NCBI GenBank assembly: GCA_964570325.1
Contig: CAZMXS010000001.1
Location: 96,987 to 160,986 of the forward strand
Length of the DNA stretch: 64,000 nucleotides
Direction of reading: 5' to 3'
From: an uncultured Verrucomicrobiota bacterium
GTDB lineage: Bacteria > Verrucomicrobiota > Kiritimatiellia > CAIQIC01 > CAZMXS01
Positions 49,006-62,723 of this stretch are shown here, piece after piece. A model generated the notes under the pieces. It searched no databases and was not told the DNA's origin. It saw only the letters and a program-made list of their open reading frames with translations. Every line of letters begins with the position of its first letter. The stretch's first letter is position 1. A program made the position numbers and the translations under genes.

Positions 49006-49488
49006 ATGCAATCCATCCACCCATTCGAACATTGCCGACGCCCACCCGCTCCGCTCCTGTCCCTGCGCAACGACTCCGGGCTGACGCTGCTGGAGGTGCT
49101 TTTCGCCACCGCGCTGGTCGTGGCGGCCGGCGCCATGTTGTATTCCGTGCTGCTGTTGTCCGGTTCCATGATTGCCGCCAACCGGCAAAAGCTGGAGGCG
49201 GAAGCCCTGGCGATGGACCGGATCCTGGAAATTTTCAACACCCACAATTTCACGGGAACCGTGTTGGCGGTCAGCCTGCCGGCGCGCGCGCCGCCGGCCG
49301 GAAGCCTGTTGCCCCCGAACACGGAAATCCGAGCGCTGGTCATCCCCAACACCGGCGCCGCCGCGCCCCATAAATGGGATGTGGAAGTCCGCGTCAAGCG
49401 CGACCGCCTTTGGCTGGGCGGGAAAAAGATCACGCTGACCAACGATACCGTGTACCGTGTCACCCGTTACAACATTGAGCGCAACTGA
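49006..49488 (+). CDS. type II secretion / type IV pilus pseudopilin
   Basis: Prepilin-type N-terminal motif G/LTLLEVLFATALVVAAGAML. Confidence 0.65.
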   Translation: MQSIHPFEHCRRPPAPLLSLRNDSGLTLLEVLFATALVVAAGAMLYSVLLLSGSMIAANRQKLEAEALAMDRILEIFNTHNFTGTVLAVSLPARAPPAGSLLPPNTEIRALVIPNTGAAAPHKWDVEVRVKRDRLWLGGKKITLTNDTVYRVTRYNIERN

Positions 49489-49985
49489 TGGACCGGCCGC
49501 TTCATAAAACCGCGGCATTCAGCCTGACTGAAGTGCTGGTCGCCGCGACCTTGAGCGGACTGGTTATGGCCATGATCCTGACGCTGTTGATTAAGAACCT
49601 GGGCTTCTGGCGCGAAGGCGTGGCGCGCCTGCGACTCAGCGAGAGCAGCCGCAATGTGCGGGAAACCATCCTGCACGGGATCAACGGGACGGCGGGTCTG
49701 CGCCAGGCCCGCCGTTCCCGGCTCACCTGGACCAGCGATTCAATCAATCTGCAGGATGTCGCGTCCAGCAATTGGCTGACCCTGCTTTGGGTTTCCAACC
49801 GGCCGCCCGTCTGGGTGGACCAGGCCGGGACGCACCCACTCAGCCGGTATGGTGTTTTCGTGGACCGAATCGCCATCGGCGCAACCGGCAATATGCTGAG
49901 CATCCATCTGACCCTCGCGCTGACCAACGGCAATCAAAAATTGGCCCAGACCCAGGAAATTCGGGTGTATCTGCTCAATGAATAA
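49488..49985 (+). CDS. pseudopilin (minor pilin-like)
   Basis: Prepilin-type motif A/FSLTEVLVAATLSGLVMAMIL. ATGA overlap with the upstream pseudopilin gene. Confidence 0.65.
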   Translation: MDRPLHKTAAFSLTEVLVAATLSGLVMAMILTLLIKNLGFWREGVARLRLSESSRNVRETILHGINGTAGLRQARRSRLTWTSDSINLQDVASSNWLTLLWVSNRPPVWVDQAGTHPLSRYGVFVDRIAIGATGNMLSIHLTLALTNGNQKLAQTQEIRVYLLNE

Positions 49986-51711
49986 TCAACCGCCCATTCT
50001 CCGCACCAGCCTCGCCGCCGGTTTCGTGCTGTACGTGGCGCTCGTTCTGGTGTTGGTGGTGGGCGCGGTCAGCGCCTTTTTCCTGCATGCCGCATTCCGC
50101 CACGGCCAAAGCGTGCGCCGCTGGCACGAGTACGACCAGTGCCTGCTGGACGCCCAGTCCGCGCTGGAGCAGGTGAAATATGAACTGGTTGGGGCGTATC
50201 GCGCCAGTCCGGCGGGCGCGGCCGGCGCGCTGGACTGGTTCCAGACCTGGAGCCTGCACAGCGTCGGGCGCGACCCGGCCTACACGATCCCCGCGCTGGC
50301 CCCGATCAACGGCAGCGCGGTGGCGGTGACCATCGCGAATGTGAAGATCGCCACCAACGACGGCGTCGTCAACGTGGAACTGATCGGCGCCGCCACCCGC
50401 CCGGCGCCCCATACCGTCAGCCGCATAATCCACGAGACACTGCAAATCACCGCCAGCCCAGGCGGCGCCATCCAGCCGTTCGAATACGGCTACCTGCGCG
50501 GCAACCCCGGGCGGCTGCGGGATAACATGGTTATCAATGGCGATCTCCGCGTCAACGGCGACTTCCGTTTGAACCCCAAGTCGGTGATCAACGGCAACCG
50601 CTACGCCTCCGGCCAGCTCACCGCGAACTCCCCCGCCTGGTCAGTGACAGATTACTGGAAACCCGCCAATACCACCCCGGCCGCCCGACCGACCGACCCC
50701 ACCAGTTCCGACAACATTCCCTGGCCAATGGGATATGTGCCCAGCAAGGTCAAGAACGCCTTTCTGCCGCAGTTTGAGCTCCCGTCAGTCGCGGATCCGG
50801 ACCGCTTGGCCGCGCTCGCTAACGGCCAGATCAGCCGGAATGGCGTCACGCTGGTCGCGAACATCTACGCCGGGCCCGGCCCCGACAACATCGCCGGCAC
50901 GGCCGATGACGGCTGCCTGGTGTTGGATGGCACGGCGCAGCCGCTGGTGATCGCGGGCACCGTAGTCATCCCGGGCGACGTCATTATCCGCGGCCGGATC
51001 ACCGGACAGGGGCGCATCCTCGCCGGCCGCAATGTGCACATTGTCGGCAATCTGGTCTACGTGAACCCGCCAGCCTGGCCCAAGCCCGACCCGAACCCGA
51101 TCGCCACGGCGGCCACCAACGCGACCCGCGACCTGCTGATCCTGGCGGGCCGGGGCAATGTGGTGATCGGCAACTACACCACCGCAACGTGGTCCAACCG
51201 CGTCTGGGGCATCCTCACCGATCCCACGCTCGTGCAACCGCACAATGTCAGCGCGTCGGATGCCGCAATCGGATATGACAGCGACAATAATCCGGCCAAT
51301 GGCTACCGGTTTGACGGTCGTTACTATGAACGCGAAGCGAACAACGGCCGGCGCCTGAGCGGCAGCGGCACCAACACCGTGCCGCGGCGGTATTACGAGT
51401 CCTCGCTGGCCGACAGCGTCTTCAGCGCGCTGTGCGACGCCAACAACGTGCCGGCCATCCACGCCGCGCTGTTTGCCAACCACGGCATTCTGGGCGACCT
51501 GGGTTCCAGCGCGGCCGGCGGCAACGCGACGCTTAACGGCGCCCTGGCCGCGCAGGATGAATTGCTAAATTTCTATGGTTTGTTTACCTTGAACTGGGAT
51601 ATACGATTGAGCGCCGCCAGTCGGGAACAACCCCGCCTGAATTTCGCTTTTGGGAGCACCGGGCGGGTGGCGGTGGCGGCCGCAACCATCAACTGGCGCG
51701 AGGTAAACTGA
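49978..51711 (+). CDS. GspK-like membrane-anchored pseudopilin-associated protein with Gly/Asn-rich extracellular domain
   Basis: N-terminal TM helix without a prepilin cleavage motif. Position between the pseudopilin genes and the ATPase gene, with 8-nt and 1-nt gene junctions. Confidence 0.45.
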   Translation: MNNQPPILRTSLAAGFVLYVALVLVLVVGAVSAFFLHAAFRHGQSVRRWHEYDQCLLDAQSALEQVKYELVGAYRASPAGAAGALDWFQTWSLHSVGRDPAYTIPALAPINGSAVAVTIANVKIATNDGVVNVELIGAATRPAPHTVSRIIHETLQITASPGGAIQPFEYGYLRGNPGRLRDNMVINGDLRVNGDFRLNPKSVINGNRYASGQLTANSPAWSVTDYWKPANTTPAARPTDPTSSDNIPWPMGYVPSKVKNAFLPQFELPSVADPDRLAALANGQISRNGVTLVANIYAGPGPDNIAGTADDGCLVLDGTAQPLVIAGTVVIPGDVIIRGRITGQGRILAGRNVHIVGNLVYVNPPAWPKPDPNPIATAATNATRDLLILAGRGNVVIGNYTTATWSNRVWGILTDPTLVQPHNVSASDAAIGYDSDNNPANGYRFDGRYYEREANNGRRLSGSGTNTVPRRYYESSLADSVFSALCDANNVPAIHAALFANHGILGDLGSSAAGGNATLNGALAAQDELLNFYGLFTLNWDIRLSAASREQPRLNFAFGSTGRVAVAAATINWREVN

Positions 51712-51712
51712 T

Positions 51713-53773
51713 ATGCCGCTTATAGCCTTCATTGCCGGCGTTCTGCTGGGCCTGACCATGCCGTTGGCGCGCGGCCAGGCGCCGGATGAGACCGATGCAC
51801 AATTGGAAAGGCAGCGCGCGGCCGTCGCGGCGGCGCGCGAGGCGATCAATCGGCCGTTGGACTCCGCCCCAGCCGAGGAAGCCGCTCCGCCGGCGCCGGA
51901 CGCGCCCCAGTCCACGTCGCACCGCGCATCACACCTGTCGCTGGCGCTGGGCATCCTGCTGCTCGCCGCGGCCGGCGCGCTATATTACTTTTTTTACCAC
52001 CGGCCGCGGCCGGCCGCCGCCCCGCCCGCCGGCGCGGCCGAACCCGGCCAGGCCGCGTCACCCCAACGCGCCCCAATCGCCAACACCAACGCCAACAACC
52101 CGCGGTTTCTGGAATTGGCCGTCGCGAATCAATTGTTCACGGAAATGGAAAGCACCGCCCTCGTCGAACGCTTCCAAAGCAACGTCTACGCGCTCATGCT
52201 ATTCCTGGTGGAGCAGCGTCCCCGGGCCCAGGCGCTGATCGGCAAGCTATGGGGCGATTCCATTGGCCTGGCCTACGTGGATCCCACCAAAACCGTATTG
52301 CAGCACGACATCCTGAGCCGGCTGCCCAAAGGTTTCGCCGAGGAGCATAATGTCATTCCTCTCTATGCCATCGAGAACGTGATCACGGTGGCCATGGCCG
52401 ATCCGCACAACACGGCCCTGCAGCGCCGACTGGAAAGCCTGATGGATGCGCTGGTGAGCCCGGTTTTCTCGTTGCCGGGCCAGATCCAGGCCGCCCTGGA
52501 AATCGCGCAAATCTCGGTGCGGACGCTGACGGACCAGTTATCGTCGCGGCTGGCGGGCGCCGCCCACGAGGGCGCGAAAATCGGCCGGCTCGCCGAGGAG
52601 GAATCCTGGTCGGAATTCGCGCGCGGCCTGTTCCTGCTGGCTTACAAGCAACACGCCAGCGACATCCACATTGAACCGCATGAGAACAACGTCCTGATTC
52701 GCCTGCGTATTGACGGCGCCCTGCAGGAATATCTCAACCTACCCCTGCGCCTTTTCCCGGCGCTGTCCAACGTGATCAAGATCATGGCGGGATTGGACAT
52801 CGGCGAACGGCGCCGGCCGCAGGATGGCCGCATCACCCTCAAACTACCGGACCGCGCCCTGGAGTTCCGGGCATCGTGCGTGCCTACGATCTACGGCGAG
52901 AAGATCGTCCTGCGCCTGCTGGGCCAAAACGAGTTCATGGCCGTGCCCGGATTGGAAAACTTGAGTTTCTCCAAGCCGATCCTGGATGGCATCCGGCAGA
53001 TTATCCACTCGCCCAACGGCGTTTTCTTTGTCACCGGCCCGACCGGCTCCGGCAAGACCACCACGCTGTACGCAGCGCTCAAGGCGCTGAACCGCAAGGA
53101 CAAGAACATCATGACGATCGAGGATCCGGTCGAATACCGGCTGCCCGGCGTCAACCAGGTGCAGGTCAATCCGCTGGCGGGAGTTACGTTCGCCGTAGCC
53201 CTGCGCGCGTTTCTGCGCCAGGATCCGGACGTGATCCTGGTGGGGGAAATCCGTGACCTGGAAACCGCAACCATCGCCTCGCAAGCGGCCCTGACCGGCC
53301 ATCTGGTGCTTACGACGATGCACACCAATAACGCCCTCCAGGCGGTGACCCGCCTGATCCAGATCGGCGTGGAGCCTTTCCTCGTCGCCCCCTCCATCAT
53401 CGGCGTGATGGCCCAGCGGCTGGTCCGGCGGCTGTGCGAGCACTGCAAGGAAAAATACGAACTCTCGCGCGCGGAGATCGAGGAATTCTTCATCTGGGAC
53501 GGCCAGCCGGTCTTCTTCCACCGGGCGAAAGGTTGCGAGCGCTGCAACTTCACCGGCTTTTCCGGCCGAATCGCCATTCACGAGCTGTTCATCATAGACG
53601 AGGCCACGCGCCAGCATATTGCGCGCAATGCGTCCATCCTCGACATCCAGAAGTACGCGCGAGACGCCGGATTCACCACCATGCGCTACGACGGTTTCAA
53701 AAAAGTGCTGATGGGCCTGACCACGGTGGACGAAATCAACCAGGTCACCGTGAGCATGGACGCCGATGATTAG
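51713..53773 (+). CDS. GspE/PilB family secretion ATPase with unusual N-terminal extension
   Basis: T2SSE_N-like domain. Walker A GPTGSGKTT, Asp box, Walker B ILVGEIRD, His box, and tetracysteine CEHC...CERC. The first ~145 aa contain two hydrophobic segments. Confidence 0.85.
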   Translation: MPLIAFIAGVLLGLTMPLARGQAPDETDAQLERQRAAVAAAREAINRPLDSAPAEEAAPPAPDAPQSTSHRASHLSLALGILLLAAAGALYYFFYHRPRPAAAPPAGAAEPGQAASPQRAPIANTNANNPRFLELAVANQLFTEMESTALVERFQSNVYALMLFLVEQRPRAQALIGKLWGDSIGLAYVDPTKTVLQHDILSRLPKGFAEEHNVIPLYAIENVITVAMADPHNTALQRRLESLMDALVSPVFSLPGQIQAALEIAQISVRTLTDQLSSRLAGAAHEGAKIGRLAEEESWSEFARGLFLLAYKQHASDIHIEPHENNVLIRLRIDGALQEYLNLPLRLFPALSNVIKIMAGLDIGERRRPQDGRITLKLPDRALEFRASCVPTIYGEKIVLRLLGQNEFMAVPGLENLSFSKPILDGIRQIIHSPNGVFFVTGPTGSGKTTTLYAALKALNRKDKNIMTIEDPVEYRLPGVNQVQVNPLAGVTFAVALRAFLRQDPDVILVGEIRDLETATIASQAALTGHLVLTTMHTNNALQAVTRLIQIGVEPFLVAPSIIGVMAQRLVRRLCEHCKEKYELSRAEIEEFFIWDGQPVFFHRAKGCERCNFTGFSGRIAIHELFIIDEATRQHIARNASILDIQKYARDAGFTTMRYDGFKKVLMGLTTVDEINQVTVSMDADD

Positions 53774-53858
53774 GCGTTCCGCCCGCCGCCGCCAGCGACG
53801 CCGCTCCAATGGCGGCGCGTATCATCCAATGGACTGGCTTCAGCGCAAGGGCAGCCGA

Positions 53859-54734
53859 TCAGGGCTGGTTCGTGGGGGAGACCCCTTCAAGGCGTAGCGG
53901 CACACGATTCACCCACGGATCCCGCTGTCGCGCTTCCTGGCGGCGGCGTTCATCCCGGATTTCTTCGACTTTGTCTTCAATCTCATCCAGCTTGGCCTGC
54001 GCATGAGTCCTCAACGCGCTCTTGGGAAACTGGGCGATGAACAACTGGATTTCTTTGAACCCCTCCTCGGGCGAAGTCTCCGCCAGTTTGACCACGCGCG
54101 CATATTCCACCACATCCAGCTTGCTCAACCGTTCATTCTCGGCAACCAGCCGGGCATTGTCCGCCTTGATCCGCTCCAAATCCGCGACTGCCTGTTCTTT
54201 CTCCGACTTAAATGTCGTATTTTCTTTTTTCAAGCCGGCCACCTGGTCTTCCAAATCCTTGATGGCCTTGCGGGACTCCGCCGCTGTCAGCTTCAATTCC
54301 TCGTTTTCCTTCTCCAGCGTTTCCACTTTGACTTTGAAACCCTTCAACAGATCCAGGGGATTGATCTGTGTCGCCACGGCTTCCCCCGTACTGCCTGTGG
54401 CGCTGGCTATATCGTCAGTCGTCGCCCTGCCCGCATCGGGTTCGTCTGACGTGCCGGCGGCCGGCGCGCCAGATGTTGCATCTTGATCAACCGGGGACAG
54501 ATCCGCGGCGGCTATGGTGGCCGAATTAGTGGGCAGCATATCGGCAACCGCCGGTTCCGGTTCGGGCGCCGGCGCCGGGACCGCCGCAGTCTCCGTCACG
54601 TCGGTCGCGGCCGCCATCGCGACCGCATTGGTGTCGCCGGCTCCACCCGTTTTTTTCTGACAGCCGATCCCGAACAGGAGGCCCGCGAGCAGCAACCCCC
54701 ACCAACCGCCCAGGCCAAGATGTCTCATTTTCAT
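53859..54734 (-). CDS. coiled-coil lipoprotein
   Basis: RBS GAAGAGGTGA precedes the start. Lipobox LFGIGC. A Thr/Ala/Pro-rich linker is followed by coiled-coil heptads. Confidence 0.6.
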   Translation of the reverse strand: MKMRHLGLGGWWGLLLAGLLFGIGCQKKTGGAGDTNAVAMAAATDVTETAAVPAPAPEPEPAVADMLPTNSATIAAADLSPVDQDATSGAPAAGTSDEPDAGRATTDDIASATGSTGEAVATQINPLDLLKGFKVKVETLEKENEELKLTAAESRKAIKDLEDQVAGLKKENTTFKSEKEQAVADLERIKADNARLVAENERLSKLDVVEYARVVKLAETSPEEGFKEIQLFIAQFPKSALRTHAQAKLDEIEDKVEEIRDERRRQEARQRDPWVNRVPLRLEGVSPTNQP

Positions 54735-54747
54735 CCGCGTCACCTCT

Positions 54748-55080
54748 TCAGCGATTATCCCCATCGCCATGCAGTTTCCCGGTCACTTGCCGTTGCGCCA
54801 ATTTATCCAGATTCTTCTCCGCCACCGTTTGCAGATCAAGCCCGAGTTCGGTGCAAAGCGCGGCGACATACCAAAGGACGTCGCCCAGTTCTTTGGCCAG
54901 CAGGCTCAACCGCTCCGGACTGATCCGGCTGCCATCATCGCGAATGGCCTTCTTCAGCTTCTCGCAAATCTCCCCGGTTTCCCCCGCCAGCCCAAGCGCC
55001 GGATAGGTCCAGTTGCCCGTTCCGCGGCCGGGATAGACCGCCGTCCTCATCGCGCCCCGCTGATATTCTTGGAAATCCAT
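54748..55080 (-). CDS. MazG-like nucleotide pyrophosphohydrolase
   Basis: ETGEICEKLKKAIRD and ELGDVLWYVAALCTELGLDL match the MazG core. Confidence 0.7.
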   Translation of the reverse strand: MDFQEYQRGAMRTAVYPGRGTGNWTYPALGLAGETGEICEKLKKAIRDDGSRISPERLSLLAKELGDVLWYVAALCTELGLDLQTVAEKNLDKLAQRQVTGKLHGDGDNR

Positions 55081-55111
55081 AGTCCATCCTTCGTCAAATG
55101 CACCCTTCCAT

Positions 55112-58204
<3,093 letters not shown>

Positions 58205-58536
58205 GGCCCCTCCGCGGAGGAATGCCGGAGGCAAACCCAACCCGGGCCGCAACCGGCCAGTCGAACCGCCGAACCGTAATCGTACTCGCATTCATGCTCG
58301 TACCAGCACTCGGGGCATGCCGCTAAAATAGACGGCCGCCGCCCGCGCGAAAAGCCTAATGTGCAATCGGGCGCTTGTCCGCCTGTCCTCGCATTACACA
58401 TGTTCACGCGCGCTCGATCCGGTTTCGGTCTGTAGGTCAGCAACGCGGGATGGGATCTCCGCACTACCGGGATGCAGAATGACCGACTGGCAACGAGGCT
58501 GACGGGCATAAGCAAGCCAGACCTCGGCGAGCGCCT

Positions 58537-58782
58537 TCAAGCGTCCAGCGTCAGGCGCAGAAACTCGGCCGCCCAGCGCCCGGCAAGCGCGGTGTTGCCG
58601 AGCGCGGCATAAGCCAACCCCAGGTCATTGCTGGTCTCCGCCATGCCGGCTGTGTCGCCCGCCGCCAAAGCTTCCGCATATTGGCGCTGGACCAGCCTCA
58701 AATAAGCGGCCAATTCCACATACTCGCTCAAGATGGCATTCATCATCCCCTGAATCGGCCGGCTGGCGGCGCAGTTAAGCAT
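58537..58782 (-). CDS. hypothetical small helical protein
   Basis: 81-aa ORF in an otherwise non-coding gap. Weak support only. Confidence 0.25.
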   Translation of the reverse strand: MLNCAASRPIQGMMNAILSEYVELAAYLRLVQRQYAEALAAGDTAGMAETSNDLGLAYAALGNTALAGRWAAEFLRLTLDA

Positions 58783-58855
58783 TTTTGAGAAAAAAGATTA
58801 TACTTCCCCCGCGTTCATCTGCTAATCTGCGGCCGAACGCAGGTACATAAGGCAA

Positions 58856-59710
58856 ATGGACGGACCACCGACCAAACCAGCGTCGCCCGCGGCTGGCAGC
58901 GCGCCAGCCGGCGCCGCCAAACCGCGCGGCTCGCTCCCCCGGGAGATCGCGGCGGCCTTCCAAACCTTGATGGAAGTTGAGCGTCCGCTGATGAGCGGGC
59001 ACTGCAAACGGGTTGCCCGCTGGGCTCGCGAGCTGGGCATTCTCAGCGCGCTGTCCGATGCCGAACTGGATGAGTTGGAAGCCGCCGCCCTGCTGCACGA
59101 CGTCGGGTTTCTTTCCAACTCGCTGGTGGGCGTGCGGCAGCAACTGGCCATGGACAAGAACATGGACGAAAAAACCAAGCGGCACCCGCTGCTGGGCTTT
59201 TCCATTCTCTCCACCATCAGCGGGTTCAATCGGATCGCCGAGGGCGTGCTGCATCACCATGAAAGATTCGACGGCACCGGTTTTCCACAGCGAAAGCGGG
59301 GCGAAGCCATCCCGCTCTTCGCCCGGATCATCGCCGTGGCCGATATGTTTGACCTTGAATCCAATCCCGGCACCGCCAATGTCCCCGACCCGGAAATGGT
59401 CCGGAAGGTGATCCTGCGCGAGCGCAATCGCGCGCTGGACCCCGACCTGGCCAACCGGTTCCTGTTCGTGATCACAACCTCGGACGAGCTGCATCGGCAC
59501 GACAAAAAGACGCTGGAACTGCCGTTCAGCGCGCTCAAGGCCGGCATGGTGCTCGCGCGCGACCTGAAATCCATAGACGGCGCCGTCCTGCTCAAGGCCG
59601 GCGTCGCGTTGAACGACGCGGTGCTGAACAAGGCCTTCTCTTCAGACAACCTCGAATGGCTTCTGACCACCGCCTACGTGGACGCCGCATCCGTCAAGGA
59701 AGGCGCCTGA
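58856..59710 (+). CDS. HD-GYP domain protein (second copy in window)
   Basis: LLHDVGF and HHERFDGTGFP motifs. Confidence 0.8.
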   Translation: MDGPPTKPASPAAGSAPAGAAKPRGSLPREIAAAFQTLMEVERPLMSGHCKRVARWARELGILSALSDAELDELEAAALLHDVGFLSNSLVGVRQQLAMDKNMDEKTKRHPLLGFSILSTISGFNRIAEGVLHHHERFDGTGFPQRKRGEAIPLFARIIAVADMFDLESNPGTANVPDPEMVRKVILRERNRALDPDLANRFLFVITTSDELHRHDKKTLELPFSALKAGMVLARDLKSIDGAVLLKAGVALNDAVLNKAFSSDNLEWLLTTAYVDAASVKEGA

Positions 59711-59846
59711 CCCGGGGCTCTCTTGCTCGTGCTTTTTTTGGCGCGTACGCCTGCCGCTTACTTCCACACGAAGCGTGCATCCGCCTGGTCCGAATCGCGC
59801 GCATCCGCTGTGCGGCGCGCCGGCTGCGGTCTTCACTGGCTCCGGT

Positions 59847-61115
59847 TCAATCAGGTTTTCGCTCAAACGCCGCAGCAAAAAAACAGTCTGTCCCATGCGT
59901 GGCGGTATCGAGCCGCAGAAAGGATCCCATCTCCAATGGTATCCCCTGCTCCTTCAGGATCGCGCCGCAATCGAGCGTTTGAAATTCCGGGCATTGCCGG
60001 AGAAAAGCGGCAACGACCTCCTCGTTCTCGGCGCGCAGGACACTGCAGGTCGCGTAGACCAGCCGACCGCCCGGCCGGACGAGGCGCGCGGCGCTCGCCA
60101 TAATCCGCCGCTGCTTCTCCGCCAGTTCGCGCACATCGTCCGGCGTCAGCCGCCACTTGACCAGCGGGTTGCGCCGCAGCGTGCCGGTGCCGCTGCAGGG
60201 GGCATCCACCAGGACACGGTCCGCCTGGCCGCGCAGCCGCTTGAGGATCGGATCGGCTTCGTCGCGCAGCGCGCGCGGATGAACATTGCTTAGCCCGGAG
60301 CGGCGCAACCGCGGCTTGAACTGCTCCAGGCGCGCCGCCGACACATCGAAGGCGTGGAGTCGTCCCCGGGATTGCATCAGCATCCCCAACAGCAGGGTCT
60401 TGCCGCCGGCGCCGGCGCAGAAATCCACCACCATCTCGGACGGACGCGGCGCGACCAGCCAGCCCAGCAACTGGCTGCCTTCATCTTGAACCTCGATCCG
60501 ACCCTGCAAGAACAACGGATGTCGGTACAGCGCCACGCGCCCGTCGAGCCGCAGGCCAAGCGGCGAATACGGGGTCATGGCAGCCTTGATTCCATCCCGC
60601 GCCAACTGCGCCTGCACCTGCCCGCGGTCGGTCAACAGGGCGTTGACGCGCAGATCCAACGGCGCAGGCCGGGCGGCGGCCGCGCCAAACGCCTGGACGG
60701 CCGCGTCATCCTGCTGCGCGCGCAGCCGTTCGATCAACCAATCCGGCAAATTGACCCGCGCCGCGGCGGGCATGTCGCGGGTCGGCATCCGCAGCAGGCG
60801 GCGGACCCACTCCTCCTCGCCGGCCAGCAAGAGCCGTTCCAGCGCGTCTCCGCGCACGTCCCGCTGATGGACCAGCCAGGCCAGCAGCAGACGGCGCGGC
60901 TGATCGGCGCCCGCCAGCCATTGCAGCGCGCGCCAGTTGCGCAGCACGGCAAACACGGCTTCGGCAATGAACGCCCGATCACCGCGGCCCAACTTCGGGT
61001 TGCCGCGAAAATAGCCGTTCAGTGTCACATCCGCCGGGCGCTTATCCTTCAGGATGACCGCCAGCGCCTCCGCCGCATGTCGAATCTGCAGGGGATAAAT
61101 CCGAATCGAGCGCAT
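59847..61115 (-). CDS. RsmB/NOL1/NOP2/Sun family RNA (cytosine-C5) methyltransferase
   Basis: VDFCAGAGGKT, DAPCSGTG and ATCS motifs. Confidence 0.8.
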   Translation of the reverse strand: MRSIRIYPLQIRHAAEALAVILKDKRPADVTLNGYFRGNPKLGRGDRAFIAEAVFAVLRNWRALQWLAGADQPRRLLLAWLVHQRDVRGDALERLLLAGEEEWVRRLLRMPTRDMPAAARVNLPDWLIERLRAQQDDAAVQAFGAAAARPAPLDLRVNALLTDRGQVQAQLARDGIKAAMTPYSPLGLRLDGRVALYRHPLFLQGRIEVQDEGSQLLGWLVAPRPSEMVVDFCAGAGGKTLLLGMLMQSRGRLHAFDVSAARLEQFKPRLRRSGLSNVHPRALRDEADPILKRLRGQADRVLVDAPCSGTGTLRRNPLVKWRLTPDDVRELAEKQRRIMASAARLVRPGGRLVYATCSVLRAENEEVVAAFLRQCPEFQTLDCGAILKEQGIPLEMGSFLRLDTATHGTDCFFAAAFERKPD

Positions 61116-61260
61116 GGCCGGAGCATAAACTGATCATAAATGGAAACACGCTCTAAATTTGCGCCTTTAAGCGGACGGCGTTTCCGGGTAACCCGCGCTC
61201 AGCCGGATTTCACAGGAGGATCAGTGAGCCGCGGACAGCGGGTGTTTTCCTGTTCACGGA

Positions 61261-62544
61261 TTACGGGTTACCGCCCGCCGGCCAACGCGCGCAGTTGCGT
61301 TCACCGACGATGACCAGCCGGGCGCCGACGCGGCGCAGACAAAGAGCCGGGCTGGAATCCTGATCGAAGCGCCAGTTGACGATCAGCAAACCGCCGGGAG
61401 TCAGCGAGAGGCCCAAGTTGGAAAGCAGCTTTTCCTGCAATTCGCGATTCAAATGGCGATGCACATTGGCCAACAGGGCGACATCATATTCACGCGGCAG
61501 CGGACGCCGCACGGGGTCGGCGCCATACAACGCCGCGCCGCAGGCGCGCAGCATTCGCCGCGCCAACTCGCGCGACGGCGGCACCACATCCACGCCGTGA
61601 ATTTCGGAGCATAACCCGCCGGGCCGGAGAATTTGCGCCGCCGCGGCCACCGCCGGGGCGCCGGCGGCAACGGCGCAGCCGACATCCACATACGCGCATC
61701 CGGCGGTGTGTTCCCGCTCGAGCAATTCGCGAATCCAGCGCAACGGCGGGATCACGCGGGTGACATCGGTCGTGGAATTATAGGTCAATCCCGCGTCCAC
61801 CACGCGATAGATCCGTTTGAGGTAACGGCGCCGCCATTGCGGGTTGGCGGATAGCAATCGGTCCAGCAGCAGCACTTCAATGGTTTTAAGGGCCGCCGCC
61901 TTTTCCGGCTGCGGGTCAGCGGCGGATGGCAGGAACGCCAGCAAGGGCAACGGCATCTGCAGCGCCAACTGGTTCAACATTCGATCCGCGAGCGGGCGTG
62001 AGATGCCCGTGACCATGCCGCGCGCGAGGCGGCCAACCCGTTCAAGCAGTTCGCGCTCATCCGAAGCCGGCCCCTGCCGCAGTACCTGAGCGCCCCACTC
62101 ATAGAGCCGGGCGGCGCCTTCCACAATCCGCGCGCGACTTTCGTCCGCCGTGCTCGGCATGTTTCGCAGTCGGCGCAATCGGGCGTCGCATTGTTCGACC
62201 GTCAACGGCGTGGCCGGCTCGCTAAAAACCGACCCGGACTGGAAAAGGGGATGTTCCCACAAACCGTCCGGCAAGCGCAGCGCCACGCGCGCCCGAATCT
62301 GAGCCGTCGCAATCATAGCCGTTTTCAAGCAGGCGGGATGCCGCGACGACCGGAAATCAGGCAGCAATGGGGTAGTTAAGCAGGCAGCCAGCCCGCACTC
62401 CATAATACGGGCATTCAGCGGGCTTTCCATCAATTCTCGCGCAGGCCGGAATCGGCTTTTTTCCTTAATTTTCAGCATGCATAGCGCCTGCAAATCATGT
62501 ATCATCCTCGCTCGAAGCAACTTGTGATGCCCGCCGCGATGCAT
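61261..62544 (-). CDS. SAM-dependent methyltransferase domain protein
   Basis: The C-terminal half has VDVGCAVAAG (motif I-like) and PGGLLIV. The N-terminal half is unassigned and the start is uncertain. Confidence 0.5.
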   Translation of the reverse strand: MHRGGHHKLLRARMIHDLQALCMLKIKEKSRFRPARELMESPLNARIMECGLAACLTTPLLPDFRSSRHPACLKTAMIATAQIRARVALRLPDGLWEHPLFQSGSVFSEPATPLTVEQCDARLRRLRNMPSTADESRARIVEGAARLYEWGAQVLRQGPASDERELLERVGRLARGMVTGISRPLADRMLNQLALQMPLPLLAFLPSAADPQPEKAAALKTIEVLLLDRLLSANPQWRRRYLKRIYRVVDAGLTYNSTTDVTRVIPPLRWIRELLEREHTAGCAYVDVGCAVAAGAPAVAAAAQILRPGGLCSEIHGVDVVPPSRELARRMLRACGAALYGADPVRRPLPREYDVALLANVHRHLNRELQEKLLSNLGLSLTPGGLLIVNWRFDQDSSPALCLRRVGARLVIVGERNCARWPAGGNP

Positions 62545-62723
62545 GCCAAGGCCGTTGCGCGGCGGGCGGCAAATTTTGCCGTCGGTGGCATGCCCGGTGC
62601 TAACATTGGACCGAAATGGGCGGATTGGATGGGGTTGTGAGCAATGTCCGCGGGAATTGACGAGGACGAAGTCTGCCCGGAATCGGCGGTCAACGCATGT
62701 CGGCCCGTATAGCCAACCAGACC

